Positions 40,219-49,560 of a stretch of 64,000 nucleotides of DNA are shown here, in pieces; the first letter of the stretch is position 1; each line of letters begins with the position of its first letter. The position numbers were made by a program, and so were the translations under genes. Location of the stretch: IMG/VR virus record IMGVR_UViG_3300044641_004197, positions 1 to 64,000 of that record; one strand, 5' to 3'. The notes under the pieces were generated by a model. It was not told the DNA's origin, did not search any database, and worked only from the letters and a program-made list of their open reading frames with translations. The DNA comes from a virus.

Positions 40219-40745
40219 TGTTCAAATAACCTTTCAATTTCTTTATCTGTTTTACCATATAACTTACAAATATCCGTTATATAAGATATCCCAGACTCGT
40301 TTTTTAATAAAATCTTACAATAGTCCTTAACTTCATCACTTCCTAACTGGAAGTGTTTGGACAATATCTCAATCAATTCTTCATTATATTTTGTGGCGGA
40401 AGATTTAATCCACTTACAAAACTTTCTACCAGATGGAGTCAAATCACAACAAACCTTGTAGAATTGTTCATTTGGAATAGATTCAAAATATCTAGACAAA
40501 TATGCCATAGATTCAATAGAACCAACATCCATACTCAACCCCATCAGTAATGTATACTTACTGAAGGATTTCTTCTCTACATCAGATAAATTTGTATAAT
40601 AATCATCAGACTTTACCTCACGAATGTGATTTATGTGATCAAATAAACCTTTACTCTTCGTCTTCGTCGATAAGGTCTTTTTCTCTTCGTTGGATATCTC
40701 GGAGCCGTTCTTCGACGGTTTTTGATTTTTCTTCGGTCTTGCCAT
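40215..40745 (-). CDS. Putative clamp loader small subunit (T4 gp62-like)
   Basis: LFDHINHI, FSKY.L...LSM, RKFCKWIK pattern. Confidence 0.55.
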   Translation of the reverse strand: MARPKKNQKPSKNGSEISNEEKKTLSTKTKSKGLFDHINHIREVKSDDYYTNLSDVEKKSFSKYTLLMGLSMDVGSIESMAYLSRYFESIPNEQFYKVCCDLTPSGRKFCKWIKSSATKYNEELIEILSKHFQLGSDEVKDYCKILLKNESGISYITDICKLYGKTDKEIERLFEQ

Positions 40746-40998
40746 TTGATTTAATCTTATTGATTCTAGCTCTGATAGAGTTGATTAACAATGATAGTTG
40801 TTTTTGATTACCATTCAAAGATTTTATATCACTATTTAAACGAGACGTTCTATTATCTAATATATCCAATTTTTCGTCAATAGTGTTATTAGACAACAAG
40901 TAAAAAAATGCCAATAGCCCTAGAGCTATTGGCATTGTCTTGGGAAATGCCGACGATACTACACAAATAATAATTATAAGTATCGTTTTAGTAATCAT
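40651..40998 (-). CDS. Membrane protein with coiled-coil tail
   Basis: Two N-terminal hydrophobic segments then heptad-rich region; overlaps next gene by 95 nt. Confidence 0.5.
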   Translation of the reverse strand: MITKTILIIIICVVSSAFPKTMPIALGLLAFFYLLSNNTIDEKLDILDNRTSRLNSDIKSLNGNQKQLSLLINSIRARINKIKSNGKTEEKSKTVEERLRDIQRREKDLIDEDEE

Positions 40999-41134
40999 TC
41001 TCTTCTTCTAGAAAGTCTTTCACAGACTTCTTTTTGGAAGGATCAAGTCCTTCCCACTTCTTGAGTTTCTTACTATTTTTTGACTTTTTACCCTTGAAAG
41101 GTTTGTCAGAATTACGACGAAATGTCTTTCCCAT
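40988..41134 (-). CDS. 48-aa basic protein (not in ORF track)
   Basis: Hand translation MGKTFRRNSDKPFKGKKSKNSKKLKKWEGLDPSKKKSVKDFLEEENDY; fills the gap. Confidence 0.55.
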   Translation of the reverse strand: MGKTFRRNSDKPFKGKKSKNSKKLKKWEGLDPSKKKSVKDFLEEENDY

Positions 41135-41155
41135 ATTTCAACTACAATTTATGTT

Positions 41156-41368
41156 TTAACGACGAGAAGCAGCACGCTTAGTAGCGGTGATGATACGAGT
41201 CAAAGCATTGACCTGGCGGCCATTCAACTCAATACGCTTTTCACCCTCAACGATAACCAACTTGGTTGCCTTCTTGGTAGAAGCAAACGGAACAACAACG
41301 TGAGCACGAACACCTTGAACGGCAGTCTTAGCAAACGTGGTGCGCTTATTCTTATTAGTAACGATCAT
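41156..41368 (-). CDS. Small basic protein, probably highly expressed
   Basis: Own promoter, A-rich leader with AAGGA. Confidence 0.7.
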   Translation of the reverse strand: MIVTNKNKRTTFAKTAVQGVRAHVVVPFASTKKATKLVIVEGEKRIELNGRQVNALTRIITATKRAASRR

Positions 41369-41432
41369 ATTTTTTCCTTTTTTATTTATTTTGTTTTTGT
41401 TTTTCAGTTAGCGATTTACTAACATAAATATA

Positions 41433-41461
41433 ATACTACACGAACAAACTCACATCGTCAA
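41433..41461 (-). promoter_or_regulatory. sigma70-like promoter
   Basis: TTGACG-17 nt-TAGTAT. Confidence 0.6.
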
Positions 41462-41474
41462 CAACTTTTACTTA

Positions 41475-42386
41475 TTATATTTTGTAGGTCTGTTCGAACT
41501 TTTCAATAGCATAGTCCTTACCCTTGAACTCAAATTCAAAGTCAACATCCAAATTTTGATATTCAGCAGGAATCTCACGGACATAATCCGCATGAGCACG
41601 GGGATTGCTATTGTTCAAATCATTGTCACTAAAGTGAAACAACGGACGATGCTTACCCCAAGTAGACATTGCAAGATTAACATCTTCAGTAGCAGTCAAC
41701 TTGCCAGTATTACAGCGGTAGTGTAAATTGTCATAAGTAATAGGAATGCCAGTATTTTGATATACGTAATCATACAGTTCTTGAACTTTCCAACTATTAG
41801 GTTTATCTTCGTTTTCCAAAACCAGCCTAGACCTCACTTTCTCAGAAAGGCTGTTATATACATCAATAAAACGCAAGGCGATGTCCTTTACGTTACCCTT
41901 GTAACAATTCATATGAATGTTTATAGGAGCATCATACGAACGAGGAAGACCAAAGTAGTCCATCATCTTGCCATGCATCTCCAATTCTTCAATAGATTTC
42001 TTAACTACAGCAGAATTGGCACTGGCAGGAACAACGAACTGGTCAGGATGAGTGCTACAACGGATATTATACTTTTTGATAACCGCAGCAGCAAGATCAA
42101 ACTCTTGTTTGATTTTAGAAAAATTATAGGTATTCTCAAGCAACAAATTAGCATCTGGCAATGTTTCCAGAGGCATCATACCACTACTGATACGATAATT
42201 CCAACCACGTTGACCACAAAACTCCAACGTCTTACGAGTAACATAAACGTTGTTAAGAGTTCTATCCGCAACAATACGTTCGGCGGAATTACGTTCAAGA
42301 GCAAGAAATCTAGTCTTGGTCATGGTTGACGCTTTGATTCCTTGTTCTTGAAGTTTGAGAGAAATGCAACAGAGTGACTTTTTCAT
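41475..42386 (-). CDS. uvsE: UV damage endonuclease (UvsE/UVDE)
   Basis: YRISS, STHPDQF, INIH, RLVLENED, TYDNLHY, LFHFS, AHADY, EFKGKD. Confidence 0.93.
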   Translation of the reverse strand: MKKSLCCISLKLQEQGIKASTMTKTRFLALERNSAERIVADRTLNNVYVTRKTLEFCGQRGWNYRISSGMMPLETLPDANLLLENTYNFSKIKQEFDLAAAVIKKYNIRCSTHPDQFVVPASANSAVVKKSIEELEMHGKMMDYFGLPRSYDAPINIHMNCYKGNVKDIALRFIDVYNSLSEKVRSRLVLENEDKPNSWKVQELYDYVYQNTGIPITYDNLHYRCNTGKLTATEDVNLAMSTWGKHRPLFHFSDNDLNNSNPRAHADYVREIPAEYQNLDVDFEFEFKGKDYAIEKFEQTYKI

Positions 42387-42392
42387 TCTCTT

Positions 42393-42420
42393 ATTATAAC
42401 TAACTTATTATAAATGTCAA
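42393..42420 (-). promoter_or_regulatory. Consensus sigma70 promoter of uvsE (leaderless)
   Basis: TTGACA-16 nt-TATAAT; -10 ends 6 nt before ATG 42386. Confidence 0.75.
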
Positions 42421-42423
42421 CGG

Positions 42424-43599
42424 TTATCTTCCAACTTCACCGAAATACTTATCCTTAGCCTCTTCATAAGTCATTCCTATCATTTTATTATAATATAGAA
42501 TATCAGGCTTCAAGTTACCCTCATTATTTAGCTTTTTATATCTTTCTATTGCCTTTGGTTTCCACCATTCAATTATACCATTTACATCTTTCTTAAAGAG
42601 TTCTTTCATCTTCAATTGATCTTCTGCAATTTTATTTTGAAGGAACTCTTTGGTATTTTCATAGAAACAACTATAATAGACACCTCTCTCATATCCATGT
42701 TGATAATCAGTAGCTTTAATTTTTAATTCTTGGAATATCATACTGATTACTCTGTTCTTAGCACCAGTTACAGGTCCACTAACACCTTCCTTCTGTGTCA
42801 TTTCCTCTTCGTATTTCTGTTTTTTATTATCCTTAATCCATTGATGCCAGACATCATATACACTATCATCTGGTTTAATCATCATTTTACCGGCACTAGA
42901 ACCGCATTTATGCCACCATTTCAAACTATTATACATACTATAACTTCCATATAAACTTGTAGTGGTAATACCTACAAGGGATTGTCCATACAACTTCTTC
43001 CAAATTTCTCTAACTTTTGAAGATGTAACAAGAGCAGCTACCAATTTACCACCCAAGAAATTATATCCAAACGGTTGGGTGGACATAATACAACTACCAA
43101 TAGCACTATTAGCAAGTTTCTTATCTTGCAACCTATTCTCATCAGTCCATCCAATATAATTATCTCTATCTGTAATAGCAATAACGTCACTTGATATACT
43201 AACTACACCCAAATAACGTGGATTATCTTCATTACCATCACTAATCAACAGTTTAATAAATCTACCAGGAGTTTGAGCATATTCCATCGTATGACAGAAT
43301 GTTCGTAACAGCACCCAATCAGAATCTAATGGATTATTTAATACATGAACTACCGTTGGATTAATATCCTCAATCTCTTGAATTGTCAATTTTTCATCAT
43401 TGATATCTGTAGGAGTCCATATCTTAGCTTTTGATATTGACGATTTATTAATATAATTTCTTAACCCTTGAACTTCCAACCATTTCTTATAAAAGGTCTG
43501 TTCTTCCGCCGTCATACTCTTTAAGAAATTTAAGTTATTAATAAACTTGCGTTTCTCTAAATCATAGTCAAAATCAAAATCTCCAAAAAATTGGCTCAT
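42424..43599 (-). CDS. DUF4338 / Druantia DruA-like protein
   Basis: PGR...YLGV, RDNYIGW, PFGYNFLGGKLVAAL, TTTSLYG..SMYN. Confidence 0.75.
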   Translation of the reverse strand: MSQFFGDFDFDYDLEKRKFINNLNFLKSMTAEEQTFYKKWLEVQGLRNYINKSSISKAKIWTPTDINDEKLTIQEIEDINPTVVHVLNNPLDSDWVLLRTFCHTMEYAQTPGRFIKLLISDGNEDNPRYLGVVSISSDVIAITDRDNYIGWTDENRLQDKKLANSAIGSCIMSTQPFGYNFLGGKLVAALVTSSKVREIWKKLYGQSLVGITTTSLYGSYSMYNSLKWWHKCGSSAGKMMIKPDDSVYDVWHQWIKDNKKQKYEEEMTQKEGVSGPVTGAKNRVISMIFQELKIKATDYQHGYERGVYYSCFYENTKEFLQNKIAEDQLKMKELFKKDVNGIIEWWKPKAIERYKKLNNEGNLKPDILYYNKMIGMTYEEAKDKYFGEVGR

Positions 43600-43886
43600 T
43601 TAGTTTCTTTCTCAGTCTGTGTTTTTCTAAGTTTAAGTTTAAACCTCAGTTCACATGTTACCACACATTCGTTTAAAGACTTAGTTTTTTCTTTCATTTC
43701 TACTACTTCAAATAAATCCCATTCTTCTCTAAACGATTCTTTTAAACCATCCGTCTTGAGTCCGTTAGTCACTATCTCTACATCGTCCTTAGATAGTTTT
43801 TTATTGACAACTTTGTTTTCATCATATACAAAGAAGCATTTTCTGGATGGTTTGTCTAAATACAATATAATCTTGTCTCTTTTCAT
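43596..43886 (-). CDS. Hypothetical protein
   Basis: ATGA-coupled to DruA-like gene. Confidence 0.6.
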   Translation of the reverse strand: MKRDKIILYLDKPSRKCFFVYDENKVVNKKLSKDDVEIVTNGLKTDGLKESFREEWDLFEVVEMKEKTKSLNECVVTCELRFKLKLRKTQTEKETK

Positions 43887-44005
43887 TTTTTTAATGTTAT
43901 TGGTAATCTAACCACACTATAGTGGTCTTCATCATACATATTAGAATCAAATTCAAACTATATGTCTTCTTCGCTTAAAGAAACATAAATTAACTTGCAG
44001 TCATC

Positions 44006-44056
44006 AAAAGAAAAGATGCCGAATATAGTCACATTGGACATACTCGGCACCTTTTT
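44006..44056 (-). terminator. Intrinsic terminator
   Basis: Minus strand GGTGCCGAGTAT...ATATTCGGCATC then TTTTCTTTT. Confidence 0.75.
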
Positions 44057-44069
44057 GTTTTTGTTTTTC

Positions 44070-44456
44070 TTAGGCATTAACCGTCTTATGTGAGTGTGTC
44101 TCTACAACCGCTTCAGTATTCTCGGTAGAATCAGAAGCCTTAATGTTAACCACATTGACAGTAGAATAACAATCCTTCAAGAGAACCTCAGCCGCCTTAG
44201 CAGACTCCAAGGCCTTCTCAGTGACAGGTGCCATAGCAAAAGCCAACTTCGGGCGACCCTTACCAGTATTAATGGTTCCGATCTCAACAATTGTTGCATC
44301 TTCAATGGCATTCTTGACGCGGACACGAAGGGTGATTTCCTTGAAGTCACCATTGGTAGTCAACAACGAGTCAATCGTAAAATACGAATCAGCACTAGGC
44401 CAGTTCACAACTTGATTGGTCTTGTTCTTACGGTCAGTCTTCTTTGCGTTACTCAT
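44070..44456 (-). CDS. Putative winged-helix DNA-binding protein
   Basis: FTIDSL...ITLRVRV...GKGRPKL; own promoter and terminator. Confidence 0.55.
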   Translation of the reverse strand: MSNAKKTDRKNKTNQVVNWPSADSYFTIDSLLTTNGDFKEITLRVRVKNAIEDATIVEIGTINTGKGRPKLAFAMAPVTEKALESAKAAEVLLKDCYSTVNVVNIKASDSTENTEAVVETHSHKTVNA

Positions 44457-44519
44457 ATACTATATTTCCTTTTTTATTTTTTGTTTATGTTTGTTTATTG
44501 GTTTTTAACCACTTTTAAA

Positions 44520-44548
44520 AGTATAACACGGGTTATATATTATGTCAA
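44520..44548 (-). promoter_or_regulatory. Strong sigma70-like promoter
   Basis: TTGACA-17 nt-TATACT with TG extension; -35 contains upstream TGA stop. Confidence 0.75.
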
Positions 44549-46662
44549 TCCTTATTCAAGAACATTTTATTAATAGTTTTAGCAATATCAAAAATATTCT
44601 TGACGTTCACAAATGATGCATTTTGTCCATACATCACTTTGAATTGCTTTCTCACTGCATCAAGATCCTTGTTAGTAGAACTCATAACATAAGAACTATA
44701 CAATGCTTCATAATCCTCCTTAATAAAATAACTCAAGATTTTATATCCCTTATCACGAACCTTATTGACTTGACTACGTGTATGAATACAAGCCTGTTCT
44801 CCTCCGTATTGAACGGTCACTCCAGACACATCTTGGTAATTCATAAAAGGTTGACCATCACTAAAATTTAGAAAATAGTAATTGTCATCCGTAGATGTAG
44901 GAAGTTCATTCATAATAGATTCAAAACACATTCCTTCAGGAGTGCATCCTGCGGGAACAATATAAGGAAACAAATTCTTTACCTTACTAATTTTATCAAT
45001 ATTAGAATCATAAGCAATAACAACATAAGGATGTTCCGAAGATCGACTTGTGCTATGGAAAGTAGATCTAAAACTAACAGCAACCCTTACATTATCAATC
45101 ATAGACGCAGCTTTACAAATAGCAGTAACAGCAGTCATTGTAGTCAACCACTTATTACCACCCATGCTTGAACTAGCATCTACACTAATATGAATATAAG
45201 ATTTATTATATTGATCCACATCAATATTATAAAACACGTTCTCATTGTCATAAGACAACTCAGACAATATGCGTTTATCAATACGTCCGGTAGGCTTACG
45301 CATATGCTTACAAGTGTTGACCTCGTTTCTAACCTGAAGTCTACGACCCAAGACCGCACCCTTAACGAATCCTTCATTAATAGCATTAACCATTTCTTTA
45401 GAAGCGTATGCCTTATCCTTATGATCAAGCATGCTCAAAGGAAACAACTTACTATCAATCAATTCTTTAGTCAGTTTCTTGACCAGAATACAATCAACCT
45501 TGTATTTACCATCAGACTTAACATAGGTATTACCGACAGAAACAAGTGTCATTCCTGACTTCTCGATAGCATCAAGAATATTCTTCTCTTTAGTAGAGAC
45601 CTTTTTCTTCTTGATGTTTCCGTTCAAAAAGTCCTTTTGTTTGTCAAGAGACTTTTTAATTTGATTGGTTCTAGTCTTGGATACCTTTGAATCCTCGCCA
45701 ATGTTGTCCTTAATGGTTTGTTCGTCTGTGGTAGAGACCTTAGTAGTATCTTCCCCACCCAAAACATCATCAACATTTTGATTTGAATTAGACGGACTTT
45801 TATTAGAGTCTCCTCCTTTATTGTCCAAAGGAATTCCAATTGAACTGGAACTGTCATCGCCTTGAGATTCAGAATTCTCTTCTGTATTCTGGGATGCAGA
45901 CTGTCCTTTATCTTGCTTTGTAGGAGCTTCAATAATATTTTGGAGAATAATTGCAACGACCTCATAAGCTACCTGCAATCTATCATGGGTAGTCTTAAGA
46001 CGTTCAATGTCAGAAAGATTGATGATCTTGGCAATATCACGAAGACCCGGCAAAGCATCAAGATCGGTGTTTTTATTAGTGAAATTGATGATACGAGCTT
46101 CGTAACTTGCAATGCTAGGAACACGATACAAATCGCTCTTAAGCATTATATCAATCTTATTGCTATTAAAATACTTATCATAGAGAGCGTTATAATAACC
46201 ACGATATCCAGGAGCATTCTTGAATACGTAATTATCAATATAACGATCCTCAATATAGTTGAGAATGTTCTTGACAAGCACATGAATGTCTTCCTTCGAA
46301 ATTTGAAGACGTTGGCCGTAAGTATAAAGTTCACGGGGAACCTTCTGCCAGATAGTTTTAAAAATATCAAAATCTGACAGAAGGACGTGACTACCTTCGT
46401 GAAGGGCCAAACCTACAGCGGGGTCAAAATCTTCCTTATTAACAATATCAGAAGAAATATAAACCGTCTTTCCACAAGTGCTGTTGTCGCCACTATCATT
46501 AAAATAAACCGGAATAGATTTATTTGTAAGAATGTGAACGAAGTTGCTAATAGCCCTACGGGCCATTGCTAGTTTGATCAAGTTGGTGTTGATAGCATTC
46601 TCGCTAACATCATCCTCGAAATCAAAATCATCCAACCAGTATTCGCTGTAGGTATTTTCCAT
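44545..46662 (-). CDS. vWA-domain protein with N-terminal HExxH metallopeptidase-like domain (CobT-like MoxR partner)
   Basis: LHEGSH, NYIEDRYID; acidic linker; MIDAS DASSSM, TPEG, FSDGQP. Confidence 0.85.
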   Translation of the reverse strand: MENTYSEYWLDDFDFEDDVSENAINTNLIKLAMARRAISNFVHILTNKSIPVYFNDSGDNSTCGKTVYISSDIVNKEDFDPAVGLALHEGSHVLLSDFDIFKTIWQKVPRELYTYGQRLQISKEDIHVLVKNILNYIEDRYIDNYVFKNAPGYRGYYNALYDKYFNSNKIDIMLKSDLYRVPSIASYEARIINFTNKNTDLDALPGLRDIAKIINLSDIERLKTTHDRLQVAYEVVAIILQNIIEAPTKQDKGQSASQNTEENSESQGDDSSSSIGIPLDNKGGDSNKSPSNSNQNVDDVLGGEDTTKVSTTDEQTIKDNIGEDSKVSKTRTNQIKKSLDKQKDFLNGNIKKKKVSTKEKNILDAIEKSGMTLVSVGNTYVKSDGKYKVDCILVKKLTKELIDSKLFPLSMLDHKDKAYASKEMVNAINEGFVKGAVLGRRLQVRNEVNTCKHMRKPTGRIDKRILSELSYDNENVFYNIDVDQYNKSYIHISVDASSSMGGNKWLTTMTAVTAICKAASMIDNVRVAVSFRSTFHSTSRSSEHPYVVIAYDSNIDKISKVKNLFPYIVPAGCTPEGMCFESIMNELPTSTDDNYYFLNFSDGQPFMNYQDVSGVTVQYGGEQACIHTRSQVNKVRDKGYKILSYFIKEDYEALYSSYVMSSTNKDLDAVRKQFKVMYGQNASFVNVKNIFDIAKTINKMFLNKD

Positions 46663-46674
46663 AGTCCTCTTATT

Positions 46675-47628
46675 TTAGAACGGAGGTTGGTTATTGTCAA
46701 CCTTCAAAGGATCATTGATTAAATTTTCATTCGTAACCGAAGGAATATATTTCTGAACCAATTGCTTGACATATGTCCGTTCACTGTCAACCCCACCATC
46801 AGTTAAGAAGTTAGGATAAATTGCAGTTTCAGCAATTTCGTTCAAATTGAACCCATCCAAAATCAACTCGCTCATTTCAACAGTAGAACGAGTAGGAATA
46901 AAATTAGTAAGCTTACTATCCTCACTCTTTACCTGTTCACGGGTATGATGAGCAATCTCACAAACAGCAGCAAGAATCTTTAGGGATGCTTCATCACTAA
47001 TAGAAAACCTATTCTTAAGATAATTAAACTCAGTAAGATTATCCATAGGGGACATCTCAATCTTAATAGGGAAACGACTCATCAAAGCCCTATCCATAAC
47101 ACGGGTTGCGGTATACTCATTACCGATATTAGCAGTTCCAATAAAACATACACCCTCAGCAACCTTAACAACCTCACTGTCCTGCTTTTCATCTAACCTC
47201 AAATAACGTTGAATGTCATCCAAAACAGTCATCATAACGTTCCAAGCATCGTGATGAGCACGGGAAATCTCGTCCAACAAAATAACAGCATTTGGAGTCT
47301 TGATAGCCTTGACAAAGGTAGACTCGCTAAAATAAGTTCCAGTTTCCTTATTGTAGTGGGTGTTACCAATCAAGGCTGCACGAGCATCTTGAGTAGCACC
47401 CAAGTTAAAATAAAAGAAAGGACGATCAAGAGCATTCGCCACCGTTTGAGCGGAAAGAGTCTTGCCACAACCAGTAGGTCCAACAATCAAAATATTCTTT
47501 CCACGATACACCGAGCGAACCATGTATTTCCACTTGATGTCATCCATAACCAAACTAACCGGCTTAAGTTTGGTTGCGTTGCTAATTAGAGTCTTCGTAT
47601 CCATTGTCTTGTTTGATGTTTTTTTCAT
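46675..47628 (-). CDS. MoxR/CbbQ/CobS-type AAA+ ATPase
   Basis: GPTGCGKT, LLDEISR, TANIGNEY, DRALMSRF. Confidence 0.9.
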   Translation of the reverse strand: MKKTSNKTMDTKTLISNATKLKPVSLVMDDIKWKYMVRSVYRGKNILIVGPTGCGKTLSAQTVANALDRPFFYFNLGATQDARAALIGNTHYNKETGTYFSESTFVKAIKTPNAVILLDEISRAHHDAWNVMMTVLDDIQRYLRLDEKQDSEVVKVAEGVCFIGTANIGNEYTATRVMDRALMSRFPIKIEMSPMDNLTEFNYLKNRFSISDEASLKILAAVCEIAHHTREQVKSEDSKLTNFIPTRSTVEMSELILDGFNLNEIAETAIYPNFLTDGGVDSERTYVKQLVQKYIPSVTNENLINDPLKVDNNQPPF

Positions 47629-47637
47629 TACAAATCC

Positions 47638-47665
47638 ATCTTAACACGGTTTATTATAAAGTCAA
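47638..47665 (-). promoter_or_regulatory. sigma70-like promoter of AAA/vWA operon
   Basis: TTGACT-16 nt-TAAGAT with TG extension. Confidence 0.65.
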
Positions 47666-47667
47666 AC

Positions 47668-47697
47668 AAAAAAACCGCCAAAGTTAATTGGCGGTTT
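47668..47697 (-). terminator. Intrinsic terminator
   Basis: Minus strand AAACCGCCAA-loop-TTGGCGGTTTTTTT. Confidence 0.85.
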
Positions 47698-47714
47698 GAA
47701 CTTAAAATTAAAAT

Positions 47715-48056
47715 TTATCTATGACCGTGAAAATGTCTATGATGGTGTATATGTCCCCAAGATCCATATACAACCACTTGCGGTCCATAATAAACTGGTG
47801 CCGGAACATAAACTACAGGAGCAGTTTGAACCACAACAGTCGTGGTTTGATAAACTACTGGAGTAGATTGAACTACCACTGGTTGTTGATAAACCACAAC
47901 AGTTTGAGGAGGGTTTACAATTCTATCGATGACTTGAATAGCTGCAACACCTGTCAATACTTTACCTACAGTTGCCCATTCTCTATCACCTGCATATGCT
48001 GACATATTTGATGCTAACAATGTAGCACCTAACAATACCGCTAATTTATTTTTCAT
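47715..48056 (-). CDS. Secreted Pro/Val-rich repeat protein with His-rich tail
   Basis: Signal peptide ending AYA; repeated PVVY/VVVQ; C-terminal HIHHHRHFHGHR. Confidence 0.7.
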   Translation of the reverse strand: MKNKLAVLLGATLLASNMSAYAGDREWATVGKVLTGVAAIQVIDRIVNPPQTVVVYQQPVVVQSTPVVYQTTTVVVQTAPVVYVPAPVYYGPQVVVYGSWGHIHHHRHFHGHR

Positions 48057-48057
48057 A

Positions 48058-48717
48058 TTATTTCTTTTGTCTGCCTCTACCCTTGAAGACAGTAGGCTTA
48101 ACTACAAGTTTCTTATCTTTTTGTTTTGGATACTTGTATTCGGCCTTTTCACCCTTGACACTGTGGTCAACTTGTTTCTTTATTTTGTCCACTGATTTCA
48201 TTGGTGAGGTAGGCAAATCATCTTTCTTTTCAACTGCGTCTTCGACTTTTTCATCGGTTTCTTGAGGTTTATCAAGGTCTTTCTTTCCTTCCTTGTCCTC
48301 AGAGTTTTTAACGCACTTTTCCCATTTTTCTTGACCAAAATCAGGCTTTGTTTCCTTTAATGTTTCGGTAACAAATTTCTTTAAATCTTCGAATGAAAGA
48401 TTTAATTTCTTGGTTCTGTCAGTTTTATTTTTAAAATGAGTTACATTGAAACTATCATCTGTTACTGGATAGATACTAAAATGATGTGGATCGCAATCAC
48501 ATACATTATATCTCTTTGCATCATCAAGATAAACACGAGCATCTTTATTTGCGGACTTAACGGCTTCTGCTAATTCTTCCATCTTGGCTTCCAATGAATG
48601 TTCTTTCTTAATCTTCATTGGTTTCAACGATTCTTTAATGATGTTACGAATAGCCTTTTCTAACTTAACTTCGGCTACACATTCACTGATAATTTTCTTT
48701 AGTTCTTTATTGGTCAT
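48058..48717 (-). CDS. Hypothetical Lys-rich phage protein
   Basis: N-terminal ELKKIISE / IRNIIKE; charged C-terminus. Confidence 0.65.
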   Translation of the reverse strand: MTNKELKKIISECVAEVKLEKAIRNIIKESLKPMKIKKEHSLEAKMEELAEAVKSANKDARVYLDDAKRYNVCDCDPHHFSIYPVTDDSFNVTHFKNKTDRTKKLNLSFEDLKKFVTETLKETKPDFGQEKWEKCVKNSEDKEGKKDLDKPQETDEKVEDAVEKKDDLPTSPMKSVDKIKKQVDHSVKGEKAEYKYPKQKDKKLVVKPTVFKGRGRQKK

Positions 48718-48747
48718 ATATATGAAAATGGTTATATATAAATATTG

Positions 48748-49530
48748 TCAAAAAAATGAATTATCATTCTTATTTTCAACTACAATTTCCATTATTTCTT
48801 CTTTATAAGTATTGGTTTTTGGAGCGGACAACACTTTATGTTTCAATGATTTAGACAGTTTTTTGTTTTCTATCTTATTACTGATGAATTTTATATAACG
48901 ATGTTTACCGCTTTCCTTTTTCCTCCAGAATGTATGACCAATCTTCTTCTTTAATACATCTACACTATGACTGCCCCAATTAGCATATACAGTTCTACTA
49001 TGTATCCATTCGTAATCAGGCGGACCTTTTAAACTTACACTATAATTAGGCATAATAGCCACATCGACATAATTATCCCCTTGATATAAAAACCCAGTAG
49101 CTTGATAGATTTTACCGAGATGTCCTACTTCACTATCTGCATAACTCAATATGCACTTGATAATGGGAAAATCACGGTTTAATTGTCTGAATGACTCCGC
49201 AATACAATAACTCTCTATATTCTTACCATACCCATCAGCAATCCATAAACGGGTCAATTCTAACACATTATTATTAACTAATAGAGGACTTATACTAGTG
49301 CTAGCATTTCTACCTACTGCCTGTCCATATACTAATACACCAATTAATTTACTATTATAACCACCAAAAAAAGTGCTTTCTATATATTCTTTATAGTAAA
49401 CACCATATGCAACTCTACAAACCGTCCATTTATGAGTATAATGGTTTTTTACAATAATATCCTTAGCCAAATTCTTTTGAATGGGTCTAAGGTAAATTAA
49501 TGATGTATCACAATAATGCGTCTCGGACAT
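48748..49530 (-). CDS. Mom-like (GNAT-fold) DNA adenine modification protein
   Basis: NHYTHK, LELTRLW, NIESYCI, LSYADSEVGHLGKIYQATGFLYQG, KHRY. Confidence 0.8.
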   Translation of the reverse strand: MSETHYCDTSLIYLRPIQKNLAKDIIVKNHYTHKWTVCRVAYGVYYKEYIESTFFGGYNSKLIGVLVYGQAVGRNASTSISPLLVNNNVLELTRLWIADGYGKNIESYCIAESFRQLNRDFPIIKCILSYADSEVGHLGKIYQATGFLYQGDNYVDVAIMPNYSVSLKGPPDYEWIHSRTVYANWGSHSVDVLKKKIGHTFWRKKESGKHRYIKFISNKIENKKLSKSLKHKVLSAPKTNTYKEEIMEIVVENKNDNSFF

Positions 49531-49533
49531 AAC

Positions 49534-49557
49534 AATTCTAATATCACTATTAGAATT
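49534..49557. repeat. Perfect 10-bp inverted repeat next to the Mom-like start codon
   Basis: AATTCTAATA-TCAC-TATTAGAATT. Confidence 0.75.
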
Positions 49558-49560
49558 ATA

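Noticed and set aside
43887-44069. tRNA or ncRNA in the longest intergenic gap
   Set aside because: No cloverleaf or T-loop recognised; the main stem is explained as a terminator
42424-47628. Complete Druantia defence system
   Set aside because: Only a DruA-like gene; no DruE helicase
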